Part shown: in pieces, positions 58,029 through 64,000 of the stretch | Layout of the letters: each line of letters opens with the position of its first letter | Position numbering within the stretch: position 1 is the stretch's first letter | Assembly (NCBI GenBank): GCA_905178155.1 | Contig: CAJINV010000011.1 | Location: 2,867,783 to 2,931,782 of the forward strand | Direction: 5' to 3' | DNA length: 64,000 bases | DNA from: Amoebophrya sp. A120 | Taxonomy: Eukaryota; Protista; Dinoflagellata | Notes under the pieces: generated by a model | Told to the model about the DNA's origin: nothing | The model's database searches: none | The model's input: only the letters and a program-made list of their open reading frames with translations | Position numbers and translations under genes: made by a program

Positions 58029-59337
58029 AGTGCCACACGTTTTCTCAGTAGCGTAAGAAGATAGAAATACGTCGAGCAATTCTAGACCGATGCAGAAGCT
58101 CCACTTTCGTTTACGTTCTTCGCTTGCTCGTGGTCGTTATTTGGTGATCGACTTTACAATTGTAACAAACCGTGGCTTTTCTGCGGTTTCTTTGAGCAGG
58201 ACCCTTTTGCGTTGAGAGATGTGGTCCCGATCTTGGTTGAAAACGAACTGTGTGCTGTACGGAAACTTTTCAGATTAACTTCTGGTGCTGTAGTTCCTTT
58301 TTACTTGCACTTGAGTTCTACTAAACAGGGAAGTTTTTTATGGCAGCTGAAAGTTTTCATAAAAACGAACTAGTGTGTGAGTGATAGTGAATGAAAGACA
58401 GTAACAAAAACGAGATTAAGTGACGTTCTTCGAGGATGGGTGAAGTGCAGGGATTTCCCATTTCCTGCTGGTGGAAATTAGTACGTTTATCTATTTATGT
58501 TTTCAGGTCCTTAGTTGCCAAATCACGTAGGGATTCACCGAAGCCAGCGTATTGAGTGCGGCATAAGAGTAAGACGTGAGGACGAAATGGAAAAGCCAGA
58601 GGTTTAACGAGGTCTACTTGTTCCTGCACACACCTTCGTGGCACCGACATTTCATTCTCGTGCAATAGCTACACCGATCAGATACTGTTGCGCCAGGTGG
58701 CAGACGGCAGAGGTGAAAGTTCAGCACGACATGATAATCGAAGGAAACATGTACGTGTAGAAGCAGGTGCAGACGCACTCACCGAGTTTTCATCACAACC
58801 ACACATCAACCGACTTTTTTCTGAGTTTGTTTGCTCAATGTGTAACGGGAACCGATGGCTTGTTTAGTTACGACTGATCATTTTGCTCCTTAATGGATTT
58901 CCATGTAGAAGAGGACCGCACAACTGAGTTCATCTGGTTCTCGACTTTTCATCGAACATGAAAACAAGCGTTCTGATGCGGCCACACAGAACGTCATAAG
59001 TACCTGTCTTTGCCTCATGGGAGAGATGGCGCAAGAGTGATTTGAGTGTTCCTGTGCGCACGCCGTGGTGAAGTAACTTAAGTAAGTACTTTGCAGCTGA
59101 CGTAAAGCCAGACCCTTCTCGACTCACATCACTTCATCTCCGGGTAGTTTGACTTTATTTTTCATTGTAAGTGCCCCGCCGGCGGGAATGGCTGCTACCA
59201 CTGAAAATGAGTGTCAATATTCCTCCTGTTATCTCAGTTGTAAGCACGTTGTCTTCTTTCTGGTACCTTACCGCGAAAAAGGCATGACATGTATTCGCAT
59301 GATGCGCCCTTCTCAAGTTACAAGTTGAAGCTCTTCG

Positions 59338-62300
59338 TCAGACGTACTGCAGCAGCGCCGCGTGGAATAGTGGCAGGATGAGGTTATCGATTTGGTCCGT
59401 CAACGCCTCTAAGGTGGCCACGAGGAGGTCGGCGAGGACTAACCGCGCCCACGAGGCCGGCGAGAGGCCCTGGAACCGCACGACGTAGAGGAGCAACACC
59501 TGGAACAAAAAGGTCGAGAGAAAAAATCCGAGAAAACTGCCCTCCAGCGTCTTCTTGTTCCGCGCCCCGGGCCAGCGGTGGCGCCCGATGCACCCGCCCA
59601 CGATGCTGGCCGCCGAGTCCCCGACGCCGGTGGCCGTGATGCCCGCGAGCGAAATCAGCAGCGAGTTTGCGTTAAAGATCCCGCCGTGCACGAAAAAGGC
59701 GTACCACACGGGCACGGCGCAGCCAAGCAGCAGGTACATGTGCGTCAGAATGACGGTCCCCTCGTCGCGGCGATCCAGATAGGGGGCGATAAACCGGTTG
59801 ATCAGCGAGGCAATCGGCTCCACGTCCGCACTGCGGAACGCCTCCAGCACCACCAAAGCCGCGAAGGCGACGGCGAAGGCCAAGCTGGTGAAGCGGATGT
59901 GAATCAACACCGAGGGCACGAACATCACGATGGCCAGTGCGTGGAAGTACTTGCGGACCATAATCTGGTACCGCTTGTTCATCGCGGTGGTACTAATTAC
60001 TGTTCCTCCAGGGCTGCGAGTTGAAGAGGATCCACCTGTATCCGAAAGAACCGAGATGACCGCCGGTGCGCTTGTCGTGCCAGGATCTTCGTGTAGTTGC
60101 TCTTCGTGGTCCTCTTCATCCTCAAAACTTACTTGCCCACCTTGTTCGGACAAGGTGCTGTGGGCTCGCAGAGGTAGCTCGGGAGTCGTGCCAGAAGCGG
60201 GATGAGAAGTAGTCGCGTTATTTGTTGACAAGAACGAGGATGTTGATATTGTCGTGTCTTGTAGTTTTATTTCCATCGCACACTTCTTGATGTCTTCGGA
60301 AGATGTTGAAATTATTTCCGGTTTTATTCCACTGGCACAAGTCCGAATGACCGGGCTGTTGTTCTCCCTCATGCTCTTTGCGTTGCCGGTCGTACTATCG
60401 CTTGCTTCTTTGCTGTCTTCACTTCGTCCTTTTCTGGTTTCAATTTGTTCCGGCTCTACTTGTCGTCCTCCTGCTTTTTCAACAACTGTATCAGGAATAA
60501 GCAGCTTATTCCGCACGAGCGGTAAACCGACCGAGAGCCCCAGTGCGAGTACCACGACGTAGTAGAGGATGAATTTCAGCGGGGTGGCGGAGTGCTGCGT
60601 GACGTACTTGACGATCCAGAGCAGCGAGTTTTCCTGGATCCAGAGCGACATCGCCTGAAACAGGAGCGCAACGGAGATGAACGTCGTAACGGAAAAAAAG
60701 TAGCTCGGCTTCGTAAACAAACTCTTTCGCAGCCGCCGGTGCTTGCAGCAGAAGTAGTGCAGGACAAAAATGTGTCCCGCGATGAAGACCGCGCCAAAGA
60801 GGCCGAGGAGAATCACGCACCGCAGTTTGGTCAGACGGATCCGCTGCTGGAAAATTACGAGGTGGAAAAGGTAGGTGAGCAACACGTTGCACTGCGAAAG
60901 CAGCACCGCCTCCCCGAGCGTGAAGGACTTCCGCAGCACGCACAGCAACACGTACATGGAGCCCAGAAACACCGCCGGCAGCCCGAAACACAGCTGCGCG
61001 CTCGTCAGCGGTTCGGGGGGAGCGCGAAAACCAAAGTATTTGTGTTCCAGAAGTGTGTACACGAAAGCGAGCACAGCGAACCCGGCCGAGAAGGTGAGAA
61101 GCGTGGTCAGGATAAAGTGGAAATAAACGGGCCGCGTAGATGTTAAGGACGACGTGCTCGTGCTGAGCATTGATGTAGTAGTTCTCTGCTGCTCAAAAGC
61201 AGGATCATCTCTCGCTCTGGGCGTCGCACTCGTCACGGACGATCGGACCGGAAAAAAACGATCCTGTATGCCGTCGTCCTCGTCGTGGTCATCCATTTTC
61301 GACATTTTCCCTCGTGTTGAAGTAGAAGTTGCCGCACTAGAACCACTCTCTTGAGCGAGAGATGATTTTGATTTTTTTTCTCCCAGGGTTTTTCGCAGGA
61401 CCCTACTTCCACGGTCTTTGAGCACGTAGGTGGCGAAGAAGTAACCCAGCAGAAAGAGCGCCGTGACGGCAGAGCAACTTGATGTCACCAAGTGCGCCGC
61501 CCGCATCGTTATGTGCGAATGACTCTCGGGGCACGGAGGAATCGTGGTTGTGGCGCTCGAAAGTTCCGAAAACGGTATCCTCGCGGAGTCGTTGTACGGT
61601 GCAGAGGACTCAACAACAAGAACACTATCTGTAGTAGAAGCGTGAGGCCCTTCATCCACTCCCCGTGCTTCTTTTCCCTCTCCCACGATGCTCTGGACCC
61701 CCGATGCTGCTTCATCGTCCGATGTTGGCATCAAGGAGAACAGGGCTCCAGCAAGAGTTGTAGTGGCAGTAGTAGCATCCTCTATCGTGTGGTCGACGAA
61801 AACCGCGCTGCACTGGGCAGAACCCGAACCCCCACTTGCTCCACCGTATTTACCTCCATTCCCTCTCATATAATCCGGCTCGACCGAAAACAGGAGCGGC
61901 AAAAGCAACGCGCCGAGTACGATGCCACTGCTCTCCGCTTCGCGTTCGAGGTGGAAGAGAAAGCGGTTGTAAAAGCGCGCACGATACGTATGGCGGAACC
62001 TACGGCCTGTGGGAGTTTTTCCGTACTTTTCAGCGCTGGCGAAAAGCTCCTCGTCGTGCATGAACAGAAGACTCAGCAAAAACGGCTCCTTCCGTGTCAT
62101 ACTAAAGGAGGCCGAAAGCGGGCTCGCGGGCTGAGACGGTCGTGGCGAAGGGGAGCAGCCGGGGGAATGCTCGTCGTGGCTGTCGTGCGGGTCATCGGTG
62201 GTTGTGGAAATATCTACGACGCCGGATGAAACTGCAGCTTGTTCATCTCGGTGATCTCTGATTTTTCTCGGCTGGTTCTTGCAGCTCACGTCTACTGAAG

Positions 62301-62883
62301 CATTCTCGTGCCTTCCATCCTGGCCGTACGTTGTCGTGAAAATCACACCTCCTGTGGTTGTGCGCCTTTCCACTAGCGGCTGCGTTTCCTCACCTTCGCT
62401 GTGGATGTTGGCCTTCTTGCTCGTGGTACCCATTTTGTTCATGACCATAGTGGTCCCGGATTCACCAGAAGATTTGCTGTAACCCCTTTTGTCGTCCCAA
62501 ATTTCATCGTTATTCACGTTTCTGTCGTTTGGTGCCTCCGCGATCATCTGGCTCTCACGACCTGTTTCGCCAAGAAGAACTACACTAGTACCGCCGGTCT
62601 CCGTTCTCGCACTTCCCTTCGCCGACCTAGTCAACAAGGCCCCGTCCTCCACGTCCTCCGAGCCACCTTGTGGCGACTCGACGAAGAGCACCCGGGTCCG
62701 CAGAAACGCCAGCTCCAGCGCTGCGAGGGAAACGAACAACCCGACCACGGTCCATGGCGGCTCGGTGCCGTAGCAGAACAGAATGCCGGCCAGCACCACG
62801 ACCAGCTCTGCAAGAAACGGGGCCCAGCTCGGACCGTCCGGTGGACCGCCGGCGGATGTTGAGGACTTCTGCCGGACCACCAT
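59338..62883 (-). CDS. DOLK: Dolichol kinase (SEC59/DOLK family), intronless, with long low-complexity insertions
   Basis: SFTLGEA, RKYFHALA, RDEGTVILTHMYLLLGCAVP, GVGDSAASIVG...RWPG..KKTLEGS and QIDNLILP; multiple TM segments; first ATG at 62883. Confidence 0.92.
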   Translation of the reverse strand: MVVRQKSSTSAGGPPDGPSWAPFLAELVVVLAGILFCYGTEPPWTVVGLFVSLAALELAFLRTRVLFVESPQGGSEDVEDGALLTRSAKGSARTETGGTSVVLLGETGRESQMIAEAPNDRNVNNDEIWDDKRGYSKSSGESGTTMVMNKMGTTSKKANIHSEGEETQPLVERRTTTGGVIFTTTYGQDGRHENASVDVSCKNQPRKIRDHRDEQAAVSSGVVDISTTTDDPHDSHDEHSPGCSPSPRPSQPASPLSASFSMTRKEPFLLSLLFMHDEELFASAEKYGKTPTGRRFRHTYRARFYNRFLFHLEREAESSGIVLGALLLPLLFSVEPDYMRGNGGKYGGASGGSGSAQCSAVFVDHTIEDATTATTTLAGALFSLMPTSDDEAASGVQSIVGEGKEARGVDEGPHASTTDSVLVVESSAPYNDSARIPFSELSSATTTIPPCPESHSHITMRAAHLVTSSCSAVTALFLLGYFFATYVLKDRGSRVLRKTLGEKKSKSSLAQESGSSAATSTSTRGKMSKMDDHDEDDGIQDRFFPVRSSVTSATPRARDDPAFEQQRTTTSMLSTSTSSLTSTRPVYFHFILTTLLTFSAGFAVLAFVYTLLEHKYFGFRAPPEPLTSAQLCFGLPAVFLGSMYVLLCVLRKSFTLGEAVLLSQCNVLLTYLFHLVIFQQRIRLTKLRCVILLGLFGAVFIAGHIFVLHYFCCKHRRLRKSLFTKPSYFFSVTTFISVALLFQAMSLWIQENSLLWIVKYVTQHSATPLKFILYYVVVLALGLSVGLPLVRNKLLIPDTVVEKAGGRQVEPEQIETRKGRSEDSKEASDSTTGNAKSMRENNSPVIRTCASGIKPEIISTSSEDIKKCAMEIKLQDTTISTSSFLSTNNATTSHPASGTTPELPLRAHSTLSEQGGQVSFEDEEDHEEQLHEDPGTTSAPAVISVLSDTGGSSSTRSPGGTVISTTAMNKRYQIMVRKYFHALAIVMFVPSVLIHIRFTSLAFAVAFAALVVLEAFRSADVEPIASLINRFIAPYLDRRDEGTVILTHMYLLLGCAVPVWYAFFVHGGIFNANSLLISLAGITATGVGDSAASIVGGCIGRHRWPGARNKKTLEGSFLGFFLSTFLFQVLLLYVVRFQGLSPASWARLVLADLLVATLEALTDQIDNLILPLFHAALLQYV

Positions 62884-64000
62884 TCGATTTTTCCGCCGCG
62901 TCGAGGACGGGGTCCGCAATTACAACTACCGCCTGGCTACCTCATAGTTGTTCTCTCGCAGGGCTCGTGGGAGGGATAGACAGAGATTCGTATTTTTTTA
63001 GTCACACGACAGTACGATATCATGTTGACATCAAAGCGATGACTTTCCATCTTACTAGCAAAACGGGTGAAGTAGATGAGGACCTGCAAAAATGGCAGCG
63101 GAAAGAACTACGTGGCCCACTCCGAACCTTGAGTCCTAAAGCTTCAGATGAGAATAGCTCGTAGTTTCATCTATCAGCCGGTATTACAGATCTTTGCAAA
63201 CTTCGACTTCAGGGATCGTCCTCTTCTCGTCACGCACAGAGATATAACTTACGGGCATGCTCAAGTGGTGTCTTTTCAACACTGACACAAGAACCGTGAA
63301 AAAACCGATCGCGCAGCTGTGCGACTGAAAATTCTCTTCCGGGAAAAAAATTGCCATCAGATTCCAGGTGCGTACTTTCGCTGCTTATGCATATATAAGC
63401 AGGAAACCGCGCGAACACATATTCTGGTCTTGCCAAGCATACGCCTTGAAAGCAAGTACTTAAACTAGGTCGCTAGCGCAGCAAGGTTCATAGAAAGGAG
63501 AAACCGATCCTAGGGAATCTCGCCCCTCCTGTGCTCTTTGACTTTGTTGTTGTTCTCAAACAGCTATAATCAGTGCGCGAACCAGTCTTCAGCCAGGGAC
63601 TTTGCGTTTGCCGACCGCGATCGTATCACAGACAATTTATCACGCTCGTAAAAAAAGAAGCGACGTACTGGATTTCTTTGCAGGCGCACGGGTTCCTCAT
63701 TTGATGTTCATCCTCGCGTCTGTTGCAAAGACCCTCTTCCTCTCTCCCCCCGGTGCTCGTCATAGATACCAAGCGGATGCAGAGTGGAACTTCTTTGTGT
63801 ACACAGGAAGATGGGGCATGTTGTTCCCCAAATTCATCGCTGGGTCGTTTCGCTTCCTGCGGGTTCTTTGGGGTTGCTTCGGCGCGTGGCTCCTTCGGCG
63901 GTGGCGGGGTGCCCCATCGCGGGCGCTCATGCCCTTCCGGTGAAGACGGCTTCCCACTGGAAGCCTACGATCATCCAAAGGATGATCTATCTCTGGCTGA

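Noticed and set aside
1-64000. Stop-codon reassignment, as reported in one Amoebophrya strain
   Set aside because: Conserved genes (DOLK, RWDD2, eIF3L exons) have no in-frame stops and end at ordinary stop codons.

Overview
Eukaryotic genomic DNA. About 14 protein-coding genes all lie on the minus strand and many carry non-canonical introns. This architecture matches what is published for the parasitic dinoflagellate Amoebophrya (Syndiniales); the taxon is inferred, not shown. Recognisable genes: an inositol polyphosphate 5-phosphatase, an IQ-motif protein, RWDD2, eIF3L, a class I SAM methyltransferase, a PEX13-like protein and dolichol kinase. Hand reconstruction found 21 short (107-421 bp) MITE-like introner elements of at least 7 TIR families. 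Most end in TAT...ATA, have 5-bp target duplications and share the internal motif GCATNACAAA. Removing an element plus one target copy restores the reading frame at all 20 sites inside called genes, in either orientation and without GT-AG. A second, less familiar pattern is 1.2-1.7 kb GC-rich inserts inside exons, flanked by very long target duplications (33, 49 and 86 bp). One of these carries a nested palindrome and a divergent pair of spliced-leader-like TTTGGCTCAAG|GT motifs. No RNA data or database searches were available, so all splicing statements are inferences from reading-frame restoration.
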